Of a DNA stretch of 64,000 bases, positions 37,778-47,420 are shown piece after piece. Made by a program: the position numbers and the translations under genes. The notes below the pieces were generated by a model. It did no database searches. It saw only the letters and a list, made by a program, of their open reading frames with translations, and was not told the origin of the DNA. Location: the IMG/VR virus record IMGVR_UViG_3300021226_000189. One strand, 5' to 3'. Numbering within the stretch: position 1 is the stretch's first letter; each line of letters opens with the position of its first letter. The stretch is from a virus.

Positions 37778-38522
37778 TATTGAAAATCACGAAGCATATA
37801 AAAATTGTGGAGGAAAGTTGATCTGTCAATTGATTGGTGGTTCGACTCTGTATGGATTGAATACACCAGAATCGGATGTCGATCATCGTGGTCTATTTGT
37901 AGCTAAAAATAAGCGATATTTGGCTAATCTGGACACGATTGAGTCTATTGTTCAGACTGGTGATATTGATTCCACTTATTACGAGATTACTCGTTACTTG
38001 AAATTGTTGAGAAAGAGTAATACTCAGGTGTTGGAGATTCTATTTGCACCCGATACAGCATTTACATACAAGCATCCAATTTTTGATGAAATCGTTGCAC
38101 ATGCTTATGACCTTATTGACACGAATACTCTCAAGAATTCGTTGAAAGGTTATGTATTCAGTGAAATTAAATTGGCAACTGGTCAAAGAAGTGGTCAATT
38201 GGGGGGTAAAAGGAAAAAAGCAGTGGAAACCTACGGATTCAGCCCGAAAAACTTTGTCCAAATCCTTCGATTGTGTAAGGTTGGTATCGAGTTCTTCACT
38301 ACTGGTAAATACATGGTGAACGTCAAGGAATTTGATGAGAAGTATTGGGAGAAATTGATGGACTTAAAAACTAGCCCACAATACTACACCTGCGAGCAAC
38401 TGGAACGAATGGTGAACGAAGAATTCGCCAAATTGGAAGGAGTAATGGAGTCATCTAATATCTCTTTCAAATTTAATCCAGATATTGCAGCAGATATCAT
38501 TTTAAAAGTAAAAAATATATGA
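37764..38522 (+). CDS. Pol-beta superfamily nucleotidyltransferase (RlaP-like)
   Basis: GGSTLYGLNTPESDVDHRGLF (GS..YG...SD.D.RG), N..VLE.L. Confidence 0.8.
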   Translation: MKDISIENHEAYKNCGGKLICQLIGGSTLYGLNTPESDVDHRGLFVAKNKRYLANLDTIESIVQTGDIDSTYYEITRYLKLLRKSNTQVLEILFAPDTAFTYKHPIFDEIVAHAYDLIDTNTLKNSLKGYVFSEIKLATGQRSGQLGGKRKKAVETYGFSPKNFVQILRLCKVGIEFFTTGKYMVNVKEFDEKYWEKLMDLKTSPQYYTCEQLERMVNEEFAKLEGVMESSNISFKFNPDIAADIILKVKNI

Positions 38523-39022
38523 AATATAGGAAACAAATATTATTGGGAGTATTAGTATCAAGTGCTATTGCTTATGGTTTATCGAACAATCTACAAGAGT
38601 TTTCGCAAAGATTCGTATTGGCGGCTCTAGGATACGCTGTTGTGACCTATTGGGTTGATAATAGAACATCAAAAGATAAAAGAGTTGAGGAATTGGAAAC
38701 ACTCTTAGGTAAGAAACAAATTGACGAGAGAGTCGAGACACTTGAAAATATGCTACAGGAGTCCGATGCTGTTATCGTCGAACAGGAAGAAGTGATTCGC
38801 ACGTATGAAAGTTTATTAGACGATGCTTCAGTAAAATTCCCATGTAACTGTGGTCAAAATATGTTTGATGGTATCTTCAAACCTATGGAAGAATTTGTAG
38901 TAGAGTGTGATTATTGTAATAATAAATATGGTGTCACTCTTAAATTAGATACCGTGTTGATCACAGAACCGATTGAAGATCTTAATATTGATAAATTAAT
39001 TAAACAAAAAACAAACGAGTGA
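38519..39022 (+). CDS. Membrane protein with coiled coil and Zn ribbon
   Basis: Two hydrophobic N-terminal segments; C.C...C..C near C-terminus. Confidence 0.55.
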   Translation: MKYRKQILLGVLVSSAIAYGLSNNLQEFSQRFVLAALGYAVVTYWVDNRTSKDKRVEELETLLGKKQIDERVETLENMLQESDAVIVEQEEVIRTYESLLDDASVKFPCNCGQNMFDGIFKPMEEFVVECDYCNNKYGVTLKLDTVLITEPIEDLNIDKLIKQKTNE

Positions 39023-39249
39023 TAACGATAAAAACTAAAAAAGGTGATGAAAAAATGACTCTGACTGAATTTGCTAGATGGGCATGTTTAGCAGAAGCTT
39101 TCATTTTCATCGAAGAGAAAGCTGAAGAATTGAATATCTCTTTGGATGGTCTTATGAAACCGATGGCATTGGAGAAATATATTGAAGAGAGATATCATGC
39201 CATGTTATCAGATGTTCGATATGAATATGATTTAGGGATTCTCGAATAA
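39019..39249 (+). CDS. Hypothetical protein
   Basis: 76 aa. Confidence 0.55.
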   Translation: MITIKTKKGDEKMTLTEFARWACLAEAFIFIEEKAEELNISLDGLMKPMALEKYIEERYHAMLSDVRYEYDLGILE

Positions 39250-40071
39250 TTTCGAGACTTCCTTTTCCATATCTTGTCTTTCTTTTAAAGTCAGGACTCT
39301 TGAAAAATGTTTATTCATTTCTTTAGTATCTAAACCTAATTCTTTGAATCCTATCAAATAATTACGGAAACGTTCTTTCAAACTGTTTGGATATGTTGCT
39401 GGATTTGGTCTACCGAAACGGTGCATCCACCTCAAAAACGGTAAACATAATGTTTTTTTACCGTTTTGACGATATTTTTCATGGATATAACCCTCTTCAA
39501 CACCAAATCCCCTAAATTCTTTATTGAATCCTAACCAAGAGTCCTTTCTACAAGAGAATAAACCCATTCCTTGAGACGGAATTTCAAATGGTGGGTTGTC
39601 TTTTGATTCCCCTCGTTCATCTGTTTGCCATGTCCCCCACATGTAGCTACTCCAAGTATCATCAAAATGTGTTGAATAGCTTTTGAAATCGTCATATACA
39701 ATAGGCCCCTGTAGTAAATTGCCTTCATCTAACCCATTATCATAAAATTCTATCAATTTTTTAATAGAATTTGGTTCTAAAAGAACATGGGAGTCGATAC
39801 ATAATACGTATGGAGTGTCTGCCAATTCAAAAACCTTATTTTTTACAGTAGTTGACTTATATTTGGTGAATGGGAGATATTGAAATGGTTCTTTTATCCA
39901 ATCTGTTAGCTCTCTAACGGCTTTACCATGTTCCGATGATGGATTATTGTCAATTATTACGAACTCGATATCATCCAATACTTCGCTATGATACATTCTT
40001 ATTGATTGTATGGTGAAATACAGTCCATCGAAATCATCATGGGTTGCCATGCCGATTGTTAATTTTCTCAT
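39232..40071 (-). CDS. GT2 family glycosyltransferase
   Basis: LTIGMAT, IIDN, LCIDSH (DxH), GFGVEE. Confidence 0.8.
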   Translation of the reverse strand: MRKLTIGMATHDDFDGLYFTIQSIRMYHSEVLDDIEFVIIDNNPSSEHGKAVRELTDWIKEPFQYLPFTKYKSTTVKNKVFELADTPYVLCIDSHVLLEPNSIKKLIEFYDNGLDEGNLLQGPIVYDDFKSYSTHFDDTWSSYMWGTWQTDERGESKDNPPFEIPSQGMGLFSCRKDSWLGFNKEFRGFGVEEGYIHEKYRQNGKKTLCLPFLRWMHRFGRPNPATYPNSLKERFRNYLIGFKELGLDTKEMNKHFSRVLTLKERQDMEKEVSKLFENP

Positions 40072-40082
40072 GGTAATAATTA

Positions 40083-40727
40083 TCAGAATCCTAATATATT
40101 ACAACTCTTCGGTGGACATTTCACTGTGGTGAAGTCTGGAATATTAGTAGTTGTCGATGTTCTGATAATTGTAGTAGTCGTCGTAGTATTTATCCCAAAA
40201 TTTAATGACCCTGATAACGATGCGGGTGGTCTAGGCATAACGAAAACGATAGTTGATGTTCTTACAGTAGTAAAATTTGGTAAAGAAGGTGGTTCGGGGA
40301 CGATAGTTGTCGTCGGAGTTGGAGTGGAAGACGATGATGACGATGATGATGATGATGATGATGACATATCAACAACGTTGATATATAAATAGATATCGAA
40401 GTAATCTAAAGGATCAATATCACTCGTTAATGTTAATGTACCGTTATTAAAAGTTTCTACTTGAAATATTGGACTAATGTAAGATCTTGTTTCCGATGCA
40501 AAAATTATCGATATTTGATAATTACCATCTCCAAAATCTGTTAAATTGAATGTTTCTATCACTTGATTAAATTCATCAAGTGTTTGACTTTGATAATAAT
40601 TCTCAATTCCGATAGTATTGATTAATACTAATCCTGGAAAAAGATTACTCAGTGTATTTACTAGAGGATTACTACCAGTATATGATATTACCCCTAAAGA
40701 TACTGTCCTACCAGAGAAATCTATCAT
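40083..40727 (-). CDS. Ser/Thr/Pro-rich (mucin-like) structural protein
   Basis: S12 run (TCA/TCG repeat at about 40330-40365), TPTPTTT and TTTTTT tracts. Confidence 0.6.
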   Translation of the reverse strand: MIDFSGRTVSLGVISYTGSNPLVNTLSNLFPGLVLINTIGIENYYQSQTLDEFNQVIETFNLTDFGDGNYQISIIFASETRSYISPIFQVETFNNGTLTLTSDIDPLDYFDIYLYINVVDMSSSSSSSSSSSSSTPTPTTTIVPEPPSLPNFTTVRTSTIVFVMPRPPASLSGSLNFGINTTTTTTIIRTSTTTNIPDFTTVKCPPKSCNILGF

Positions 40728-40729
40728 AA

Positions 40730-41197
40730 TTACACGTTAATATAATTTACATCAGATACGATATAAAAACTATTTGGATCTCTACTTGTTGATAAAGAAG
40801 CCCAAGTAGTCTTATTAACTCTGACAACATTTTCTATTTGATTACCAATCACGGATTTGGTTGTATCTGAAGTGACACCCTTACTAGCTACTGCTTCCCA
40901 ATCACTTAAAACTGAACCACTGTTTGTTTTCAGCCTGTATAACACGTTATTATCAATATTGAAAGCGAAATCACCAATTTCAGCGGGAGCCAATGTTGTG
41001 ATGTTTGAAACACTACCTAAAAATTTATTACCTGTCAAAATTCCACCAGAAGTTCCACCATCACCAACGAATAAACGTTTAGTATCAGTCGTGAAACCTG
41101 GTTCTCCAGAATTTAATACGATATTTTTTCTATCATTATCAGTTCCTTGACGAAAGAGGATTTTCAGTAAAGTGTTATTGGATATCTCTATGCTCAT
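40730..41197 (-). CDS. Tail fibre-associated protein (Mtd_N/hyaluronidase-N-like)
   Basis: FRQGT...L..GEPGFTTDTKRLFVGDG. Confidence 0.7.
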   Translation of the reverse strand: MSIEISNNTLLKILFRQGTDNDRKNIVLNSGEPGFTTDTKRLFVGDGGTSGGILTGNKFLGSVSNITTLAPAEIGDFAFNIDNNVLYRLKTNSGSVLSDWEAVASKGVTSDTTKSVIGNQIENVVRVNKTTWASLSTSRDPNSFYIVSDVNYINV

Positions 41198-41199
41198 AA

Positions 41200-42267
41200 T
41201 TAGTATGCGAAAATTGGGATTGCGAATCTACCGACACGATCACCTGTTTTAGTGGTTGTATCTCCTTCAAAAGTTAAAAATCCAGCAGAAGACAATCTAA
41301 TTCTGGTAGTAGAAATTCCGTTCGATGATATAGCTTCAAATTGTGTGATTCTAAGGTTAGGTATAGCACCGCTCAAAGTGTGGGCAGGTGTTCCACCAAA
41401 TATTGAAGATAACGAGTTAGCACCAAAACCAACGGCTGACAACCCAGTTAAAGAACTGAAAATTGAACCTTGGATTGCTCTCCTATCTCTGATTTGTGTC
41501 CAAGAATTAATATTTGTATTTGGTGTGGCGGTTAATTGATAAAATGTTCCGTCCAAGCTAGCTATGTCACCAATATTTGCACTGGACAATAGTAATAATG
41601 TTGTAACAGATTGTTGGGGTAAAAATATTTTATTAATAGCACCATAATTTAGATTCAATACGCCAGTATCGAACAAGAATTGATTCGGATTTACACGTAA
41701 TGTGATTTTATTACTATTACCACCACTAAGACCATTACCAAAAGATGATGATAAGATCTCTCTTTCAGTTAAAGAATTAGCATTCGGTGTGAATAATCCA
41801 CTTGAAAGACCGAAATAATTTGTATTATAATTGACTTGTAATTGATTATTTCTAATAACTAATCCATTTGAAACTGTATTAGGATTGATTTTGGATGCCG
41901 ATACCGAACTCATACCAATAGTAAGAGACGAATTTTGATCGTAAACAATATCAGTGGCAACTCTAGTAGCAATTCTACCCCAATTGTTGATATTAGTATG
42001 AGGTGTTGCTGTTAATTGATACCAAATATTATTAACTGGAACAATATCACCAACTTCAGCGAATGTGGATGATAAACTATTAACAATTGATAGGGGGGTG
42101 TTGATTTTATTGGTAGCTGGAACCCCTCCTAAAGTCACGCCATTGCCAACATATAATCTTTGAGTATCTGTTGTAAATGCGATTTCTCCTTGATCCAAAC
42201 GCACCAACAATCGCTGTGCATTAGTACCTCTACGAATTTTTATTTTTGAGATTAAAATTTGTGACAT
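41200..42267 (-). CDS. Tail fibre-associated protein (Mtd_N-like)
   Basis: IRRGT...L.QGEIAFTTDTQRLYVGNG; internal duplicate GDI..YQLTATP.TNIN.W. Confidence 0.7.
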   Translation of the reverse strand: MSQILISKIKIRRGTNAQRLLVRLDQGEIAFTTDTQRLYVGNGVTLGGVPATNKINTPLSIVNSLSSTFAEVGDIVPVNNIWYQLTATPHTNINNWGRIATRVATDIVYDQNSSLTIGMSSVSASKINPNTVSNGLVIRNNQLQVNYNTNYFGLSSGLFTPNANSLTEREILSSSFGNGLSGGNSNKITLRVNPNQFLFDTGVLNLNYGAINKIFLPQQSVTTLLLLSSANIGDIASLDGTFYQLTATPNTNINSWTQIRDRRAIQGSIFSSLTGLSAVGFGANSLSSIFGGTPAHTLSGAIPNLRITQFEAISSNGISTTRIRLSSAGFLTFEGDTTTKTGDRVGRFAIPIFAY

Positions 42268-42275
42268 ATTTTTAA

Positions 42276-42938
42276 TTATCCAATTCTTCTCCAGACGTAA
42301 ATACCGTAACTAGGTGGAATATTAGTATGGGAATTACTACCCCCAACGTTTGATGTAAAACCTTGCGATGAATTAGCTGTCATATCATCGATATCTATAG
42401 ATCTTGTAGCGTTTCCAGGAGTGTCTTGCCTACTTATACCATATACACTACCATTAGCTTGATTATCAGCAGATGTTTTAGCGTAAACACCATTTAAATG
42501 ATTATGTGTTGGGATTTGGTCTGTCGTTAGTTTAACTGAATATACTCCCCTAATATCATTACCAGAGATAAAAGCGACAGATTCTGAATTAACATCTACC
42601 CCCGTCCCAACACCTACTAAAAATCTTCCTTGAGAAATCTGTTCCCATGAAGTTCCAGTGAATCTAGATTGTGGATTCGTATCATCGAAACTCAGATATA
42701 CCGAATTTACTGGATAGAGATAATCAATGATAGTATTGAACCCTTCAACTGTTAATTTTTCAGTGGAAAGTGTTCCTGAAACATGAACACCATCTTTACC
42801 AACGTTTAATGCTGTTTTATTACCCAATCCGTCAAATACTGGAACTTTATTTGAAGAATCTACTGGGGTATTGGAAGTATGGAGCATACCTTTGTATGAA
42901 TCCGAAATGAATTGGTCTGTAAGATCTGGAAGTGCCAT
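42276..42938 (-). CDS. Baseplate wedge/short-fibre protein with gp10 C-terminal-like domain
   Basis: YPVNSVYLS..NP..F.G..W...GRFLVG, IP.HNH, GG..SH.NIPP.Y..Y.WRR. Confidence 0.75.
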   Translation of the reverse strand: MALPDLTDQFISDSYKGMLHTSNTPVDSSNKVPVFDGLGNKTALNVGKDGVHVSGTLSTEKLTVEGFNTIIDYLYPVNSVYLSFDDTNPQSRFTGTSWEQISQGRFLVGVGTGVDVNSESVAFISGNDIRGVYSVKLTTDQIPTHNHLNGVYAKTSADNQANGSVYGISRQDTPGNATRSIDIDDMTANSSQGFTSNVGGSNSHTNIPPSYGIYVWRRIG

Positions 42939-42943
42939 GTTAT

Positions 42944-42949
42944 TATTTA
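42944..42949 (-). promoter_or_regulatory. Late promoter TAAATA
   Basis: 5 nt before ATG 42938. Confidence 0.65.
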
Positions 42950-44722
42950 TTCATTAGTGATCAAATTAGCAATCAATTTTTCTTGTATTTCAACTATTAG
43001 AGAAAATATCCTTTGCATGGTGACAGTATTAACACTCTCATTACCATTAATTCTTAAATTATTCAAATCAAATTCGATTTGATTGATTCTGTTTAACAAA
43101 ACATCATCATTTTTTATGATGTAGCAATTAGTAGCTTTGGTGTAAAGTGTCAACATATCTTTAGTTATATTGAAAAGTTCTTTATTGAACAGAATACCAA
43201 ACGAATCGTTGCTACATTTTAACCCATTGTAGTATTTTGACATACTCTTATCAATAGCTGAATAGAAAGTATCTTGAATATCGTGTTTCAGTGCATACAA
43301 TCTACCTGAATTGTGTAACAAATTATAATTTTTAACCCCTTTTGATATTTCTTTGAAATTTATATTCGTGAATAAATTAGAATCCTCCACATTCCATTTG
43401 ATCGTATTAGTATTTATTTTTATAAATGCTTCCCCAAATTTCAATCTAGGTGGATATTTCAAACCAAATTCTCTAAAAGATGCTGCTGTATTAGTGGGGT
43501 TAGATATGAATCTGGATTCTACTTTATTTCTTGTTGATAAAAAGATAATATTTGAATCAAATGATGAAAATTTTAATGTGTAAACATCAGACTGTTTAAC
43601 ATTGTTTATCGGATAATTGACTATAGTGTTATCAACATCATTTGGATCGAAAAAACACATTTGATAATTACCGACATTCCCATGTAAAATACCAACCAAA
43701 TCGTCAACATCCCTGATATCAATGGAAATAACATTAGCTATATTATAGCTGGATAATTTAAAATTGACTAAAGGTTCAGTCTCATTCTTTTTAAACAAAG
43801 TTAAAACGTTACTTTCTAAAGTAGTTCTCATTTTGTCGCCAAATTTCATGAAATCTGTCTCATTTTCATTTTGATTGTAGTATTTGGTATTATAAACACC
43901 TTTGGTTTTTGAAAATTCTCGTTTCAAATTCCATTTCAATCCGATAGTATCCACCGATTTAATTTGAATTGTGTCTGATATTACAAAATTATCACATTCG
44001 ATAAAATTCAATCCTTCATAAATGTATATCAAATCATTGATCGTCACATAAATTTTGTTATCAAATTCATCGTAATATATATCGTATACTTCTCTACCGA
44101 AACCTAAAGGCGTTATTTCATATATCAATTCGTCAGTATTATCAAATGAACCTTTAACTATGATCAAATCGTTACCTGTTGAACATAGATATTTGAACGA
44201 TTGGTCAGATTTAACCACGAAATCACCATATTTAATTTCTCCTAAAAATGCCCATTTCTCCGAATTTTGAAATCGCTCAACACCGATTGAAACTTGTTTC
44301 CCAGTCATCACATCGGTTGTTTTTTCATCTAATTCACTGGATGATATTGCGTAGTAATGGCAATTATTTTCGTCGAAATCGACAATCTGCGGGTTCTGTA
44401 ATATCAGAGATTTGAAAACGACCAAATTGTTTCTATTTATGATTTGGAAAATCTTATCCAACTCGGTTTTATTCAAAACATCGAATGAATTTGAGAAATA
44501 AGGCTGAACACCTTCAATTTTTTCAAATTGATTGTCGAATTCTAAATTGTTTAGATAAAATTCTGATATGAAATTTTGCTTCGGTGTTAAAATTTCAGAT
44601 TTCCCCGTTTGATATTGCTTACCAGTATAAGGATTACCATCAGAAATCGTGAAAAAACCCTGATAATCTATCCCATTCAGCGTGAATGCTTCTCCAGCAG
44701 TGTATTTATAATAAGAAATCAT
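42947..44722 (-). CDS. Structural protein, baseplate region
   Basis: 591 aa in late structural operon. Confidence 0.6.
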   Translation of the reverse strand: MISYYKYTAGEAFTLNGIDYQGFFTISDGNPYTGKQYQTGKSEILTPKQNFISEFYLNNLEFDNQFEKIEGVQPYFSNSFDVLNKTELDKIFQIINRNNLVVFKSLILQNPQIVDFDENNCHYYAISSSELDEKTTDVMTGKQVSIGVERFQNSEKWAFLGEIKYGDFVVKSDQSFKYLCSTGNDLIIVKGSFDNTDELIYEITPLGFGREVYDIYYDEFDNKIYVTINDLIYIYEGLNFIECDNFVISDTIQIKSVDTIGLKWNLKREFSKTKGVYNTKYYNQNENETDFMKFGDKMRTTLESNVLTLFKKNETEPLVNFKLSSYNIANVISIDIRDVDDLVGILHGNVGNYQMCFFDPNDVDNTIVNYPINNVKQSDVYTLKFSSFDSNIIFLSTRNKVESRFISNPTNTAASFREFGLKYPPRLKFGEAFIKINTNTIKWNVEDSNLFTNINFKEISKGVKNYNLLHNSGRLYALKHDIQDTFYSAIDKSMSKYYNGLKCSNDSFGILFNKELFNITKDMLTLYTKATNCYIIKNDDVLLNRINQIEFDLNNLRINGNESVNTVTMQRIFSLIVEIQEKLIANLITNE

Positions 44723-46908
44723 TTGAAGTAGATGATATTATTTAATTCGGTAGTTACTGGTGTGAAGTCATCACATGTTTTCTGAATTATTCGCTCCAAA
44801 TCCGATTTAATACTTTCGGGTAAGGTCGTATTTCTGATTAATATGTTGATATGATTAGATTTGAATGATTGGTTATTACAAATAGACTGTAGTAAATCAA
44901 TTTCATCATCATTATTTCTCTGACCACACGGAAGTGTTATCTCAATTTTGTCAACTCTTGCATTATCATTGACAAATGGTAATATCAGAGATTCATTGAA
45001 GGTTGTGGATTTCAAATATAATGAAAAATTGTTCTCATTATTAAAATTCGCAATAAAATTACCGAACAACACTTTCTTACCAAAAAATTGATACTTGTCG
45101 AAATTAATATTCAACACAATCTTCCCATTCAGATTCGCATAAGCGATTCCTTTCATAACATTTATTGAAAAAACGATATGATTATCCTTCAGAACTTTTA
45201 TCGGTTGAATAGTATTGAATTTGTTGTATGTATTATCACTTGGATCAAACGATATATAAGTTAATTCCACGAAATTACCATTTTTAATGATTTCTAGTCC
45301 AGCTTCTATATTGTTTCTATTACTTTTGAAAATCCAATTGCTATAATCACCCTTAAAGTTTAATAATAAAGTGAATTCTCCTGCATCATTTATCTTTTCG
45401 AAATAATTTAGATTGTCTTCATCACATAAATCAATTCTATCATCGGTAAGGATTGGATCAAAATCACCAATTCTTTCATAAACAAATTTATCATTTGGTT
45501 CAATAACAAAATCACTTTTCTTATCAAAAACTTGGAAAGCTGATAAGCTATCCCTGATAAAAGCATCATTTTTCACTAGATTTTCGACCAAATCTTCATA
45601 TGTCGGATTGAAAGTGGCTTTGAGTTTTAGTGCTTGTTCTTTTTCGATGAAATCAGGATAGTAATAACGATCAACCCAAATCTTTTCATCGCCTAATGGT
45701 GAACCCGATAACCAAGTGCATAGATAAACCTGACCATCACTGTAAAGATTATCATCATCAAGCTTATAAACTTTGTCAGAGTAAATTGGGGTGTCGAATG
45801 AGAACGCACCACATTCTACAAATTTAGTATCGTTGATATTTATTTTTAGAAAAGGGGCGAGACTAGAAGGTGCTTTCAAGTAATTCTTACCACTTTTTAT
45901 CACATAAGATTTATTGTAAAAGACATAATTCAACGTCAATTCTTCGTCTTTTTCTTTAGTAATATCGTTGAAAATAGACGTGTAATCTCTCATTTTATCT
46001 ATAAAGAACGGAGAACCTGATGTTGATAATAGATTGTTACCAGATGTAAATGTATCATCCTGTGTTAATTGATTTTTCAACACCAACAATTCCACCTCAT
46101 CATTTTCACTATGTATCAGATAATTATTTTCGATATTTTTCTCTATCAAATTGTTTGGTATAGTATTATCAGTATCGTATCCAACAATACTGAAATTTGC
46201 CATGTCTTCCACTTTCGAATAAAGTGGTCTATCAATATAGATAGTATTAGTCACTGCCAACACCTTATTAAATTCTGAAAATGGTGTTAAATTCAATGAA
46301 GTACCGCTTTTCGTCAGCATTTTACAAGTGGAATTACTATTCTCGAAAAGAGAAATGCTATTATTCGTCGCTGAATAAATGTAATTGAATACAATCGGTG
46401 ATATACCAATTTTATTTCCGAAAAATGAAATTCTATTATTATCTATCCCTAAATAATACTTTTTGTATTGATATAAGAAGTAGATCTTACAGGTGTTATC
46501 TTGTCCTATTTCTATGATGAAATTGGAAGCACTGTTTTTATCTGTCGTGAACCCATAATCACCATATTGATCGTATTTCGAATATTCCTCATTTTCTGTA
46601 AAGCGTAACACACCGAAATCTCTAGGTGAAAATGTTAAAAAAGATCCACCGAAATTCAATGTTGTTAAAATATCATCAGATTTGATTGGATTTGTTTCTG
46701 AGGATACTATGTCTGTTAATTTGAAATTTTTAGTGAGATAAAAAGAACTGTAATTTTTGAATTTTACATCCCTAACATCGGCAAATGCATCATAAAAATT
46801 AAAAGAAAATCCGCCATCATAATATCTTTGATACTTATTCAAAGTATTGATGTTGGAAGAATACGTTCTAGGGGAACAAGAAGATAATTTATTTACTGAA
46901 ACATCCAC
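44719..46908 (-). CDS. Structural protein, baseplate region
   Basis: 729 aa; TAAATA-N5-GTG. Confidence 0.6.
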   Translation of the reverse strand: MDVSVNKLSSCSPRTYSSNINTLNKYQRYYDGGFSFNFYDAFADVRDVKFKNYSSFYLTKNFKLTDIVSSETNPIKSDDILTTLNFGGSFLTFSPRDFGVLRFTENEEYSKYDQYGDYGFTTDKNSASNFIIEIGQDNTCKIYFLYQYKKYYLGIDNNRISFFGNKIGISPIVFNYIYSATNNSISLFENSNSTCKMLTKSGTSLNLTPFSEFNKVLAVTNTIYIDRPLYSKVEDMANFSIVGYDTDNTIPNNLIEKNIENNYLIHSENDEVELLVLKNQLTQDDTFTSGNNLLSTSGSPFFIDKMRDYTSIFNDITKEKDEELTLNYVFYNKSYVIKSGKNYLKAPSSLAPFLKININDTKFVECGAFSFDTPIYSDKVYKLDDDNLYSDGQVYLCTWLSGSPLGDEKIWVDRYYYPDFIEKEQALKLKATFNPTYEDLVENLVKNDAFIRDSLSAFQVFDKKSDFVIEPNDKFVYERIGDFDPILTDDRIDLCDEDNLNYFEKINDAGEFTLLLNFKGDYSNWIFKSNRNNIEAGLEIIKNGNFVELTYISFDPSDNTYNKFNTIQPIKVLKDNHIVFSINVMKGIAYANLNGKIVLNINFDKYQFFGKKVLFGNFIANFNNENNFSLYLKSTTFNESLILPFVNDNARVDKIEITLPCGQRNNDDEIDLLQSICNNQSFKSNHINILIRNTTLPESIKSDLERIIQKTCDDFTPVTTELNNIIYFK

Positions 46909-46913
46909 TTTAT

Positions 46914-46919
46914 TATTTA
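46914..46919 (-). promoter_or_regulatory. Late promoter TAAATA
   Basis: 5 nt before GTG 46908. Confidence 0.6.
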
Positions 46920-47420
46920 ATCCGATGGTGTCTCAACCTCAATCACATACCCATCTCTTTTTGTCAATAATTGATGAATTTTTTTATTCGAGTTGTAAAT
47001 GGTGTTCACCAGATAAACATCTTCAATAGTTGAATTGTAATCACCATTTTGTATCAATATTGGAATATTGAAAGTAGATACATTATCATCACAATATTTC
47101 ATCTTACACACAGCGGTTAATCTCTTAGTTAGAGAAGTCCCACTTGGATAATATGTGTTACTATGTATTTTATAAAAAAATGATGTGTATCTATTCAAAG
47201 TTATGAAGTTATTTTTGTAACTATCATCTGAAAAGATATCATTCTCTTCAAAAGTGGATTTACCATCACCCCATTGTATATTGAGATACAGAGGCAATGT
47301 TACTTCAGAAACACTTGATAAATTTACATACAATGTTGTGGTATCAATAACCGATAATTCGCGTAAGGTGGTAGTGAAATTCGATGAGTTGGAAGATAAT
47401 GTGATGTATGCGGTGTTCAT
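46917..47420 (-). CDS. Structural protein with PKD-like motif
   Basis: IQWGDG. Confidence 0.55.
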   Translation of the reverse strand: MNTAYITLSSNSSNFTTTLRELSVIDTTTLYVNLSSVSEVTLPLYLNIQWGDGKSTFEENDIFSDDSYKNNFITLNRYTSFFYKIHSNTYYPSGTSLTKRLTAVCKMKYCDDNVSTFNIPILIQNGDYNSTIEDVYLVNTIYNSNKKIHQLLTKRDGYVIEVETPSD

